Source: Alphaproteobacteria bacterium (GTDB lineage Bacteria; Pseudomonadota; Alphaproteobacteria; RF32; CAG-239). Taken from it: a DNA stretch of 64,000 nt. The position numbers and the translations under genes were made by a program. The stretch covers positions 74,306-138,305 of the forward strand of contig JAZUMA010000012.1 of assembly GCA_045603405.1 (NCBI GenBank), in the 5' to 3' direction. Shown in pieces: positions 35,153 through 44,935 of the stretch (position 1 is the stretch's first letter; each line of letters starts with the position of its first letter). A model generated the notes under the pieces. That model had not been told where the DNA came from, ran no database searches, and saw only the letters and a program-made list of their open reading frames with translations.

Positions 35153-37306
35153 ATGAAAACAGAAAATCTTTGGCGTGTCTGGCTCATGAGCTTAGCCGCC
35201 GCAGTTGTTTTGTGTGTTACCGCCTGTGGTGGGGATGATTGGTTTGAGCCAGATCCGACTCCAACTCCGCTGACACCGGTAGACACGAGGGGAGAACTAG
35301 TGTTCTCCTTTGGTAATCCAGGTAGTGGTACCGGCACTGGTACCGCTGCGGATCCTGCTGTCGCCCAGTGTGGCGATACGCTTTCCGTGGCGATAACGGC
35401 AAAATCTACCTACACCGACCCTGATGGAACGGTGTACACATGTGAACCGGAAGCCTCCATTACGGCTTTCACAGGTTCTGATACTTTATATGTAGAAGAT
35501 CTTAAAACTCTGTTAGATGTTAAGGAAGAAGGTATCGAACAGAAAGTCCTCTCACCGCGTGCTGATATGAAAACACTTCAGCAATTGCAGAAATTTTCTG
35601 TTGGTGGAAAGAAGCCTATCATCTTTGGTCTGGCGCATGACGTATACACATATGTCAACTCGCAAGAGGCAAAGATTGAGATGCCTTATGTGCGGATTAA
35701 TCCGGCACAATACGGCGGCGCTAATACCAACGAGGAAGGCGATATTCCCACTTCTGTGAGAAAAATTCGCTTGAAGCGAGTTGCTCCGTCAGGAGGCGGT
35801 CCCAGGCGCGCGGCATCAATCACCGACTCGACAACTTATGATGTTACTATGTCGTTTACACTTGGTTTAGATGGTGTAAACACAAAAAAGAACACTTCAC
35901 AAGTGTTGTCAGTCGACGTGGCCTTTGTGGCTGTTGTGGCAAAAACTACCGAAGTTCCTGATCCGAAGAAAAGCTTTGAGTACGAACTCACCAAATCAGG
36001 CACTAACAGTGCCGCTTCGCCTTATACTGTTATTTTAGGGGAGCCACTCTCTCTTAATTGGCAGCAAAAAGCTTCATATCAATATTTTTCCATGACCGAG
36101 CGTACAGACATGGAAACAAAATACGAGCCGAAGGCGTATGTCGAAGTAAATGCCTCTAAGGCAGACACCATTTGGGTGAGCGATGTTGCTCAACTTGAGA
36201 AAATACAAATTTCTCCTCCGACGATAACAAACAACGGCACTAATCCGGTAGAAAACACCGGTTTGCAAACGTTTGAAATTGCTGAAGGACCGAAAGTATC
36301 TATCAAGTGGGGATATCAGTCTTACAAGCCAATCTCCATTGAAGGAACAGAAGTCGAACTACCGTATCTCTCTTTGAGCAAACCTACAGCCGATGTAAAG
36401 GTTGTTGAAGTTGCCAATGGTGTATTGAAAGGTAAAAAAGGAAAGCTCTACACAGTAACGTTAACTATTGACCAAGATTTGGCAACGGTGAACGTTGATG
36501 AACCGAAAGGTGAACATCTGCAGTATGTTGCGAAATATCTTGCCGGTGTTGCCGTTGAAGAGCCGAAACTTGTGGATATTAAGTATCGCACTGACTATCA
36601 GCCGTATGAGCCGCACGATAACATTCCTTGGACTTATCAGTACCTGGTCTATCGAGACAGCATCTTCTCTGGTGGCTCCGTGCGTACCTCTGTAACCCGT
36701 AGTGCCAAAACCACTATGGATTGGTATTTGGACAATACTTCTTATCATGGTGATTACACACAGAAAAAAGAAGATGTGCGCGGAGTGACTGTTTACTACC
36801 ATCAGAAGAGAACGGATTTGTTGGACGAGGCGTATCGCAATGTAGTTATATCGCGCAAAATCGGCGTACCGGATGTGTCGTTGGTGACGGTCAAAACATA
36901 TGAGCCGGAAATAACCAGCCCTGACCAATGGGAACGTTATACCGGCTATGACCCGAGCAATCCGCAAGCCGGATGGTATTTTAAAGGCTTTGACTACTGT
37001 AACCCTGCAAGAATATACTATAAGGGGGAACTTTTAGCAAATTTTAACATTACCTCTGTCTGGTATAATCACATTCTCTATGTGGAAGATGGGATAAACG
37101 GTGGGCAGTTAATAGACTTTTTGGAGTATCAGCCGAAATTTGATTTCACCATCAATGTAGTAGATACTACCATGCCAACCGGTGAGCCGGCAAAAGTGTT
37201 TACACACAAGTGTATAACAACTATGTTCGGCAGCAAGCCGTACCAGTTCCATTACGAGATAGTGGATAGCGTGTATCAGTCTGATCCAGAACATCCGCCA
37301 TTCTAA
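35153..37306 (+). CDS. Bacteroidales-style surface lipoprotein with two internally duplicated domains
   Basis: Lipobox VTAC followed by GGDD and a Pro/Thr linker; visibly higher GC than the flanks; beta-rich sequence. Confidence 0.7.
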   Translation: MKTENLWRVWLMSLAAAVVLCVTACGGDDWFEPDPTPTPLTPVDTRGELVFSFGNPGSGTGTGTAADPAVAQCGDTLSVAITAKSTYTDPDGTVYTCEPEASITAFTGSDTLYVEDLKTLLDVKEEGIEQKVLSPRADMKTLQQLQKFSVGGKKPIIFGLAHDVYTYVNSQEAKIEMPYVRINPAQYGGANTNEEGDIPTSVRKIRLKRVAPSGGGPRRAASITDSTTYDVTMSFTLGLDGVNTKKNTSQVLSVDVAFVAVVAKTTEVPDPKKSFEYELTKSGTNSAASPYTVILGEPLSLNWQQKASYQYFSMTERTDMETKYEPKAYVEVNASKADTIWVSDVAQLEKIQISPPTITNNGTNPVENTGLQTFEIAEGPKVSIKWGYQSYKPISIEGTEVELPYLSLSKPTADVKVVEVANGVLKGKKGKLYTVTLTIDQDLATVNVDEPKGEHLQYVAKYLAGVAVEEPKLVDIKYRTDYQPYEPHDNIPWTYQYLVYRDSIFSGGSVRTSVTRSAKTTMDWYLDNTSYHGDYTQKKEDVRGVTVYYHQKRTDLLDEAYRNVVISRKIGVPDVSLVTVKTYEPEITSPDQWERYTGYDPSNPQAGWYFKGFDYCNPARIYYKGELLANFNITSVWYNHILYVEDGINGGQLIDFLEYQPKFDFTINVVDTTMPTGEPAKVFTHKCITTMFGSKPYQFHYEIVDSVYQSDPEHPPF

Positions 37307-37319
37307 TAGCATCTAATCT

Positions 37320-37359
37320 AAAGAAGAGGCCTGACATCAAAGTCAGACCTCTTCTTTTA
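37320..37359. terminator. Bidirectional terminator between the lipoprotein gene and tsaD
   Basis: AAAGAAGAGG-c-CTGAC-atcaaa-GTCAG-a-CCTCTTCTTT. Confidence 0.8.
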
Positions 37360-37368
37360 TGCATTTTT

Positions 37369-38445
37369 TCAGGCTTTTACTCCACCGGCACCGGCTGCCT
37401 TGGGTGCATTGGTATCTAACGGCCAACGTGGTCTCGGTTTGAAATCTAAAGGTGAAATTAATCCCTTCTTAAAACGCTCTAACCCTGCCCAAGCAATCAT
37501 TACTCCGTTATCGGTGCAAAAACGAATTGGCGGCGCAGCAAATATCAATTGATTAGCCAAAGCAAGATTTTTTAATTTTTCGCGTAAATAGGTATTAGAA
37601 GCGACACCGCCGGAAACAACCAAATGTTTTCCTTGAGGATAATTTTGCTTAAAATAAGCAATTGCCCGCTTGAGCTTGCGACACAAACAATCTGTCGCCG
37701 TATATTGAAAACACGCACAAATATCAGCCATATCCTGCGCCGAAATACTGGCATGCGCCAACTCTCCGTCTGGTGCGTATGTTTCTATAATCTTGCGCAC
37801 AGCCGTTTTTAAACCGGAAAAAGATAAATTACAATCCGGTGTGCCGATTAAAGGCTTAGGCAGAGTAAACCTCTTTTCATTGCCGGTTGCGGCTAATTTT
37901 TCAACTGCCGGTCCGCCGGGATACCCCAACCCCAACATTTTCGCAACTTTATCAAACGCTTCTCCGGTTGCATCATCAATCGTTGTCCCTAAGCGCTCAT
38001 ATTCATTAACATCTTTAACAACCAAAATCTGACTGTGCCCACCGGAAACAAGTAACAGCAAATACGGAAATTCAACATCATTACTCACCCGCGGTGCTAA
38101 TGCGTGACCTTCTAAATGATTAACCGCAATAAAAGGTTTATTTAAGGCGATAGATATGGCTTTTGCCGTCATCACGCCGACAATAACACCACCGATAAGC
38201 CCCGGACCTGAGGCCGCTGCTACCGCATCAATATCACTTAACTTCAGATTTGTTTTTGCAAAACATTGTTCTAAAATCTCGTCCATATGCTCCAAATGCG
38301 CACGAGCGGCAATTTCCGGTACGACTCCGCCATAGCTTTTATGCTCTTCTTGTGATAAAAGAGCTTCACCTAAAATTTCTTTTTTTTCATTAATTAAGGC
38401 GGCTGCGGTTTCATCACAACTGCTTTCAATACCCAAAACTATCAT
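37369..38445 (-). CDS. tsaD: tRNA threonylcarbamoyltransferase TsaD
   Basis: LGIESSCDET, NHLEGH, VSGGH, GEAFDK, CTDNG. Confidence 0.97.
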   Translation of the reverse strand: MIVLGIESSCDETAAALINEKKEILGEALLSQEEHKSYGGVVPEIAARAHLEHMDEILEQCFAKTNLKLSDIDAVAAASGPGLIGGVIVGVMTAKAISIALNKPFIAVNHLEGHALAPRVSNDVEFPYLLLLVSGGHSQILVVKDVNEYERLGTTIDDATGEAFDKVAKMLGLGYPGGPAVEKLAATGNEKRFTLPKPLIGTPDCNLSFSGLKTAVRKIIETYAPDGELAHASISAQDMADICACFQYTATDCLCRKLKRAIAYFKQNYPQGKHLVVSGGVASNTYLREKLKNLALANQLIFAAPPIRFCTDNGVMIAWAGLERFKKGLISPLDFKPRPRWPLDTNAPKAAGAGGVKA

Positions 38446-38536
38446 GTTCTTATCCAAAAAGATTGAAGTTTATTTTTTTATTCTATAAACTATATTTATT
38501 GAGAATGCAATTATCTAATTTATGGGAGCGGTGAAA

Positions 38537-39580
38537 ATGTCTGAAAAAAAGAGTGATAACACGAAAAAAAAACCTTTTTCAAAGGTATTAAAGTTTATAT
38601 TTTATCTTTTTCTGATTATTCTTTTGGTACTTGGAACTATTTTTGTTGCCGTAAAAATATCCGACTCGCGCAAGTTGGAAGATTTTTCCAAATTCGAGCA
38701 GATTACACGGCAAATAGCCGAGCAAAATAACCGCTTAGATGCGTTAGAGCAATTTCCGGCATCTGTTTCTGCCAACACACAGCAATTGGCCTCTACAGCT
38801 CATGCTCTCAGCATCCTTTCTGAAAAATTTAATCAGTTGTATGCAGAAGTCGGAAATAAACAAATTGAAAATATGCAAAACAGCTTGCAGAATTTTGAAT
38901 ATCGAGTATCTGCCATGGAAGAGCAGAAGAGTATTGAAGCTCTTATTTTAAGCATTGCTTTGCTGATTAAAGAAAATGCATCTTATCATCGTCCGTTTAT
39001 TGAAGAAGCCAATATTTTAACCGAGCTCAACCAACAAAGAGAAACAAACCTTGCTGAAATCAATACCATTAATCAATATAAAACAACACAAATTGCTGAT
39101 AATATGCAATTGGCTCAGCGATTTACACAAATTATGGAAAATTTTAGTTTTTCGCAACCGACTGTTAAAGAACACGAAGAATCCAAATTTTCAAAAAGTA
39201 TTAAGATGATAAAAGATACTGTTTCCGGTATGCACTTTGATAAAGTTATTGTGTTAAAAAAAGAAAAGAAAACGGCGCATCAGCAACAATTACTGGATAC
39301 ATTATCGAATCTTGTTAAAACGTATGATTTTGTCGATGCCGTAAATTTCATTGCTCAAAATCAGGAATTTACTGCTGTTGATAATAAAGAGTTTGCAGCA
39401 TGGCAAACTGCTGTAAAAGATAAACTTAATTTTGATACAGCTCTTTCAAAGCTGATTGCCAATCAGCTCAAAGCGCTAAAAGAAGAAATTAAAAACAAAA
39501 AGAAAGCTGTCTTAGTGGAAGCAGAAGAAGAAAAGCAAAAAGATTCTGTTCCTGCAGAGGAGAAAGCTATAAATGATTAA
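38537..39580 (+). CDS. COG4223/Mitofilin (alphaproteobacterial Mic60)-like protein
   Basis: N-terminal TM, coiled coil, RPF..E segment, C-terminal W in helical domain; lies between divergent tsaD and a hemY-like gene. Confidence 0.6.
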   Translation: MSEKKSDNTKKKPFSKVLKFIFYLFLIILLVLGTIFVAVKISDSRKLEDFSKFEQITRQIAEQNNRLDALEQFPASVSANTQQLASTAHALSILSEKFNQLYAEVGNKQIENMQNSLQNFEYRVSAMEEQKSIEALILSIALLIKENASYHRPFIEEANILTELNQQRETNLAEINTINQYKTTQIADNMQLAQRFTQIMENFSFSQPTVKEHEESKFSKSIKMIKDTVSGMHFDKVIVLKKEKKTAHQQQLLDTLSNLVKTYDFVDAVNFIAQNQEFTAVDNKEFAAWQTAVKDKLNFDTALSKLIANQLKALKEEIKNKKKAVLVEAEEEKQKDSVPAEEKAIND

Positions 39581-40991
39581 AAACTTCTGCAAGCTTATTA
39601 TTATTTTAGTTTTAGCAATATCTGCGATACAAATTGCTGATATTCAAGAACTGGAAATACATACAAATGATAAAACTTATATTTTGCAAACAAAATTTAT
39701 TCTGCTGGGTATTGTTTTATTTTTTGTGTTGTTCCGCGTCTTCTTTTGGAGTTTACGCAAATTAATTTATCTGTTACATAATGATGTATTGCTTTCTAAC
39801 CATGCTTTTGAAGAAGAAAAAGAAACTCTAGGAGCGCTTAGATCTGAGGCTGAAAATAAAATTGTATTAACGCGCGATCAATTTGATGAGGCAGCTATTT
39901 TAATCGTGCAAACGATGACAGCTATTAAAGCCGGGCTGATAAATGATGCGCGACAGCAGTTGGTAAATTTGCATAAAATTATAGGCGATGATGCAATTAT
40001 AGATATTTTGATGTTGAAAATTTATAAGGGTGAGAAGAACTTTGACAAGATGGAAGAACTTTCACAGAAATTAATGCAAAATGAAAATATTCAGTTAGTC
40101 GGGATGAAAGCTTCTATTGAAGCACAAATAGAAAAGAAAGAATTTACCGAAGCTTTAAAAACGGTTAATCAAGCGTTTGAAGTTCGCCAAGATTTATATT
40201 GGGTAATCGGCAGTGCCTTTTTGTTGCGTGCTAAAAATAATGATTGGCTTGGTGCTTTAGAAGTTTTAGATGCCGGCATAGAAAAGAACATTACACCTCA
40301 GCCTAAAGCCGCCAGACTTAAATCTGTTGCATTGTTTGAGTTAGCGTTGCAAGCTAAAGCAGAGAAAGACATGACTCGTTTCTTTAAGTTTATCACACAG
40401 GCATTACAAGAAAACTGCAGGCTTGTGCCGGCTGCTCTGGAATTAGCTGAATACTATGTTAAAAATGATAAACAAATTCGTAAAGCTGAAGCCGTCTTAA
40501 ATGCTATTTGGTGCGAAAATCCGACTTATGAAGTGGCAGAAGCTTATCTTGCGCTTTATCCGAAAGATTCCAAAGTCGAAAAGATTCAGAGAATGGAACG
40601 ATTGGCTCTCGCCAATAATAAACGCCAGTCTTTAAATAATTTAATTCTAGCGGAATTATACGTTAATGCCAAAAAGACGGCAAAAGCTAAAAGTGAGTGT
40701 AATCTATTTTTATTAAAAAATCCGGCAACACAAAAAATTGTTGAAATATTGGATAAATTAGAAGATAAACCTTCTAAAAATAAAACGAGTCTTGTTGCCT
40801 CGATAAAGTCGCATCTAAGCAATTTGGGTAAGACAGAAAATGAATATCCGAAAGATTTTCAATGGGTCTGTGCCAATTGCGGGCATTCTACCGATCAATG
40901 GGAAGCCATTTGTCCTGAATGCGGAGAAATAGGTCGTAATTATTGGCACTTGTATGTTGATAAAACAGCAAATACAAGCGAAGAATTGTAA
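39573..40991 (+). CDS. HemY-like TPR membrane protein with C-terminal zinc ribbon
   Basis: Two N-terminal TMs, TPR-like helices, WVCANCG...WEAICPECG. Confidence 0.75.
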   Translation: MIKNFCKLIIILVLAISAIQIADIQELEIHTNDKTYILQTKFILLGIVLFFVLFRVFFWSLRKLIYLLHNDVLLSNHAFEEEKETLGALRSEAENKIVLTRDQFDEAAILIVQTMTAIKAGLINDARQQLVNLHKIIGDDAIIDILMLKIYKGEKNFDKMEELSQKLMQNENIQLVGMKASIEAQIEKKEFTEALKTVNQAFEVRQDLYWVIGSAFLLRAKNNDWLGALEVLDAGIEKNITPQPKAARLKSVALFELALQAKAEKDMTRFFKFITQALQENCRLVPAALELAEYYVKNDKQIRKAEAVLNAIWCENPTYEVAEAYLALYPKDSKVEKIQRMERLALANNKRQSLNNLILAELYVNAKKTAKAKSECNLFLLKNPATQKIVEILDKLEDKPSKNKTSLVASIKSHLSNLGKTENEYPKDFQWVCANCGHSTDQWEAICPECGEIGRNYWHLYVDKTANTSEEL

Positions 40992-41012
40992 ATATAGTTA
41001 GGAGGATACAAA

Positions 41013-42416
41013 ATGGATATAGAGAATCTGAAAAATATCTGGCAAAAAAAATATGCAGATGTGCCTTTACAGTTGCAGAAAGTAAAAAATATTAAGACTG
41101 TAGCAACGGCTTTTAACACTAATGTTGATGCGGTGCTTAAAATTAAGGGCGAATCGCTTAAAAAGCTTATTCTTGATAACAATATTCCTCTTTCTTCATT
41201 AGATAATATTACACTTACTGAAATGCATCTGCCGACAGATGTTATTTTGGGCATTGTTAAATGCTTTGTACGAGGTATTGCCGAAGAATGGGTTACGGAA
41301 GACAAATCGATATATGACTGGATGGCTCAAAATTTAGGTTATGATCGTTTACAAATGGGGGGGCAAGGCGGAATTATTGCCAATACTTTAGCCTTATTAA
41401 AAATAAACAAAGTTATAGCACATACCAATTCACATCCGGCCTTACAAGCCGAGCAATTTTTAGATTTAGATAATCTGTTTGCGATAGATGAAAACGGTGA
41501 GTTGGCAAAAGCCTGCGAAATCTCGCGTGATAATGATATTCCGCTCATACACTGGATTATTGAATTTGATAAAGGCGATAGTTTTAACATTGACGGAAAA
41601 GAATTCACTTGCCCAAAATCGAATCGCTTTATCGCTACTTATGATCCGTTAAATCTAAATTTGGTTATAGATAGAAATTTTGTTTCTTACCTTAATAACA
41701 CGCAGATTGATTATTTGATTTTATCCGGTTTTCATCCTCTTTTAGCACGCAAAAACGGCATTGAGCTTATAAAAAATGCCGTACCGCTAATTAAGCAATG
41801 GCAAAAAAACAACCCTCAAATGATAACGCATTTAGAGGTTGCCTCTACCCAAGATCTAGCTGTTCGCAAAGCTATTGTGGAATATATTGCACCCTTAATG
41901 CAGTCTGCCGGATTAAATGAGCGTGAAACCATAGATTTATTAAATGTCTGTGATGGGAAAGATTTAGCTCAAAAGATAGAGCGAGAAACAACTGCACCGA
42001 ATCTGTTTGATGCGCTTTTATATCTTAAACAAAAATTGGACATTCCGCGCCTGCAGCTTCATATGTTCGGTTTATATCTGACCCTGCAAGATGCACGTTT
42101 TCCTTTTTCCGGAGTGGAAAATTTACGCGGAATGCTAACAGCTGCTGTTGTTTCTTCCAGCAAGGCTTATAACGGCGCTTTAGAAAAATATCAGGATATT
42201 ACCTTAACCTTAGATGTTCCACCGTCGGATATCGGTTTAGGGGAATTGACTTCTTTAGCTCAAAAACTAAACAAGCCCGAGCTGGCAGAGAATGGCATTT
42301 GTGAATTTAACGGTATGTTTGTCAGTGCGGTACCGACAATTTTAGTCGATAAACCAAAAACTTTAGTCGGTATGGGTGATACAATTTCTTCTATTTCTCT
42401 AATTGCCGGCAGATAG
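41013..42416 (+). CDS. ADP-dependent sugar kinase (archaeal PfkC/GlkA family), probably glucokinase
   Basis: FNTNVDA, MGGQGGIIAN, IHWIIEF, NRFIATYD, LSGFH, HLEVAS, GLNERE, PKTLVGMGDTISS. Confidence 0.88.
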   Translation: MDIENLKNIWQKKYADVPLQLQKVKNIKTVATAFNTNVDAVLKIKGESLKKLILDNNIPLSSLDNITLTEMHLPTDVILGIVKCFVRGIAEEWVTEDKSIYDWMAQNLGYDRLQMGGQGGIIANTLALLKINKVIAHTNSHPALQAEQFLDLDNLFAIDENGELAKACEISRDNDIPLIHWIIEFDKGDSFNIDGKEFTCPKSNRFIATYDPLNLNLVIDRNFVSYLNNTQIDYLILSGFHPLLARKNGIELIKNAVPLIKQWQKNNPQMITHLEVASTQDLAVRKAIVEYIAPLMQSAGLNERETIDLLNVCDGKDLAQKIERETTAPNLFDALLYLKQKLDIPRLQLHMFGLYLTLQDARFPFSGVENLRGMLTAAVVSSSKAYNGALEKYQDITLTLDVPPSDIGLGELTSLAQKLNKPELAENGICEFNGMFVSAVPTILVDKPKTLVGMGDTISSISLIAGR

Positions 42417-42431
42417 AACATTCTATTAAGC

Positions 42432-42472
42432 ACAAAAAAACACCGTTGGTTTGACCAACGGTGTTTTTTTGT
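42432..42472. terminator. Bidirectional intrinsic terminator
   Basis: A7-CACCGTTGGT-ttg-ACCAACGGTG-T7. Confidence 0.9.
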
Positions 42473-42707
42473 AATAAGCCACAATGCGATATTAAGGGAG
42501 GGAGACTGATATTCGAGATTATGAGCTAGTGGCTTATTTAGGTAAATAAACCGATTTTTGTTTAAGGGAGGGAGATGAGAATTATGAAAAAGACAATCAC
42601 CGGTTTATTTAGCATGACAGATAGACTTTTTATTATTATTTGATTGTCTATCTGAAAGGTTCTAATAGCATTCTATAAACGATAAATTAACAAAACTTGC
42701 TGTTTAT
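42434..42707 (-). ncRNA. Candidate sRNA with two anti-Shine-Dalgarno loops
   Basis: Own promoter and terminator; three hairpins; two loops share UCUCCCUCCCUUAA and UCAUAAU. Confidence 0.55.
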
Positions 42708-42713
42708 AGACAT

Positions 42714-42742
42714 AAATTACACAAAATTTTTCTTATTGTCAA
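42714..42742 (-). promoter_or_regulatory. Sigma70 promoter driving the candidate sRNA
   Basis: TTGACA-N17-TAATTT on the minus strand, downstream of the envZ terminator. Confidence 0.55.
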
Positions 42743-42773
42743 GTATTATTTTTAAAATTTTTTATTTTTTATG

Positions 42774-42808
42774 AAAAAAATAACGGAGGCAATTGTCTCC
42801 GTTATTTC
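42774..42808 (-). terminator. Terminator of the uvrC-pgsA-ompR-envZ unit
   Basis: TAACGGAG/CTCCGTTA stem followed by T7 on the minus strand. Confidence 0.8.
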
Positions 42809-42860
42809 TTTCCGTGCTTTTCAGTTACCACAACGGAACACATATTTTCGTATGTGAGAG

Positions 42861-44222
42861 TTATAAGGGAATAGAAATGAGTACCCTCAAGCCTCCTAAC
42901 TCGCTATCGGTTAACTCTATTTTACCGCCGTGGGAAGTAATAATATCACGCGCAATAGATAAGCCTAATCCAACACCACCGGTCTCTTTATTACGCGATT
43001 CGTCTATGCGATAAAATGCTTTAAATACGTCTTCTCTTTTATCCGCAGGAATTCCAGGTCCGTCATCATCAACCGTGATTTCCAGTTTTTTATTATTGCT
43101 TTCTAATGCAACGGCAATTGTTTTTCCGTAATTAAATGCATTTGAAATAATATTTGTAACAGCACGCTTCAATGCCTGCTCACGTCCTTGAATAGCGCTG
43201 ACTTGATCATTAGTCGAATAGCGAATTAAGGCCTTGCTGTTACGAAACTTATTGATAATACTTAGAATCAATTCATTCATATCAACAAAAGTATTTTTTT
43301 CACTACCTTCGCCGGAAACAAAAGCCAGATAACCATCAAGCATTTTCTCCATCTCGTCAATATCTGCAATAAACTCTTTATTTTCGTCACTTTCGGGTAA
43401 CATTGCAAGCTGCAATTTCATTCTGGTTAAGGGTGTTCTTAAATCATGTGAAACGCCGGCAAGCATTTGTGTACGCTCAGAAATTTGCTTTAAGATACGT
43501 TCTTTCATCTTAATAAATGCGATACCGGCTTTACGAACTTCTGATGAGCCATAAGGCTTGAATGGTGTATCAATACCTTTACCAAAATCCTCGGCAACTT
43601 GAGCTAGCGTTGCAATGGAGCGTACCTGGATACGCAAAAATAGGGTTGCGACCAAGAACAGTAGTAAAGATGTACCGATCATCCAAGCAACAAAACCAAA
43701 TAAAGAAGTGCTGAAGATATTTTTTGTAGAAGTATGAAAACGATACAAACCATTTTGGGCTTCAACCAAAACAATAAGCTCAGAACGACCATTTTCTAAA
43801 TAAACCGTCGTGATTGTATTCGGAAATTTTTCATGTAAAGATTCTTCCAATAAACCGGTTACAATTTTGTAATCTTTACCATAACGCGTATTATTTTTGA
43901 CTGATAATTGTTCATCACCAGTAATCAAATCAAAATGAATACCATAACTCTGAGCATAAATATTTTGAATATTTTCAAGCATATTCGGATGATTTGTCGT
44001 TAACTCAATTGCAACGGCTATATTATTAGATAAATTATTTGATAGTCTGCGACCTACCTTCTCCCAGTTACCATTAAAAAAAGCAATAATAGAAACAATC
44101 TGCACCAAAATTAATGGAATAAAGATAAGCAACATTGTGCGAAAAAATAATTTGCTCGGCATTATTTTTATTTTCAAATACTGCAAAACTTTTTCCAACT
44201 TGTTCGGAAATTTAATATGCAT
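42861..44222 (-). CDS. envZ: EnvZ-like sensor histidine kinase
   Basis: Two TMs, HAMP, VSHDLRTPLTR, N-box, DDGPG, GLGL. Confidence 0.88.
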   Translation of the reverse strand: MHIKFPNKLEKVLQYLKIKIMPSKLFFRTMLLIFIPLILVQIVSIIAFFNGNWEKVGRRLSNNLSNNIAVAIELTTNHPNMLENIQNIYAQSYGIHFDLITGDEQLSVKNNTRYGKDYKIVTGLLEESLHEKFPNTITTVYLENGRSELIVLVEAQNGLYRFHTSTKNIFSTSLFGFVAWMIGTSLLLFLVATLFLRIQVRSIATLAQVAEDFGKGIDTPFKPYGSSEVRKAGIAFIKMKERILKQISERTQMLAGVSHDLRTPLTRMKLQLAMLPESDENKEFIADIDEMEKMLDGYLAFVSGEGSEKNTFVDMNELILSIINKFRNSKALIRYSTNDQVSAIQGREQALKRAVTNIISNAFNYGKTIAVALESNNKKLEITVDDDGPGIPADKREDVFKAFYRIDESRNKETGGVGLGLSIARDIITSHGGKIELTDSELGGLRVLISIPL

Positions 44223-44233
44223 TTTATTCTCCT

Positions 44234-44923
44234 TTATTCAGAAATTAACATATAACCTTTACCGCGTACAGTTTGCAAATAACGCGGATTTTTTGTATCT
44301 CCTTCTATTTTTTTTCTAAGCCTTGTAATCTGCACATCCACTGTTCGTAAACTTTCTGTACTTCCTAGTATTTCCGCTAATTCTTCCCTGGTATGAACTT
44401 CTCCTGGTTTTTTCCCAAAAAGATTAAGCAGCATCCGTTCGACCGGTGTTATGTGAACAATGTTTCCGTTATTATCTACAAGTTCTCCACACTTCATATC
44501 ATAAACAACATTATGAAATATTAGTCGGTTTTCTTGTTTTTTTTGCGTATCCGCACGTTTTAAAATGTTGTTGATTCGCAACACAAGTTCTTTAGGTTCA
44601 AAAGGCTTTGCAACATAATCATCAGCTCCCATCTCAAGCCCGTTAACTCTATCCGCGGCATCTCCCATTGCTGTCAATAGAATTACCGGAACGGTATTTC
44701 CTCTTTTACGAAGATTTGCTAACAATTGTGTACCGCTTATTTTCGGCATCATAATATCAAAAATGAGAAGGTCAAAAGTATATACTTCTAAAAGACTCTC
44801 AGCTTTGTAAGCATCTTCGGCCGCTGTGACCAAAAAACCTTGCTCTCTTAAATACCGCTGCAACAGACTTCTCAAACGCGTGTCATCGTCGACGACTAAT
44901 ATGTGCTTTTGATTATCTGTCAT
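44234..44923 (-). CDS. ompR: OmpR-family response regulator
   Basis: VVDDD, DIMMP, KPF, DVQITRLR, TVRGKGY. Confidence 0.9.
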   Translation of the reverse strand: MTDNQKHILVVDDDTRLRSLLQRYLREQGFLVTAAEDAYKAESLLEVYTFDLLIFDIMMPKISGTQLLANLRKRGNTVPVILLTAMGDAADRVNGLEMGADDYVAKPFEPKELVLRINNILKRADTQKKQENRLIFHNVVYDMKCGELVDNNGNIVHITPVERMLLNLFGKKPGEVHTREELAEILGSTESLRTVDVQITRLRKKIEGDTKNPRYLQTVRGKGYMLISE

Positions 44924-44935
44924 AAATCAAAACCT

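Noticed and set aside
34813-35153. Replication origin
   Set aside because: Only one perfect and one near DnaA box, no usual oriC-flanking genes, and skew cannot be judged by eye.
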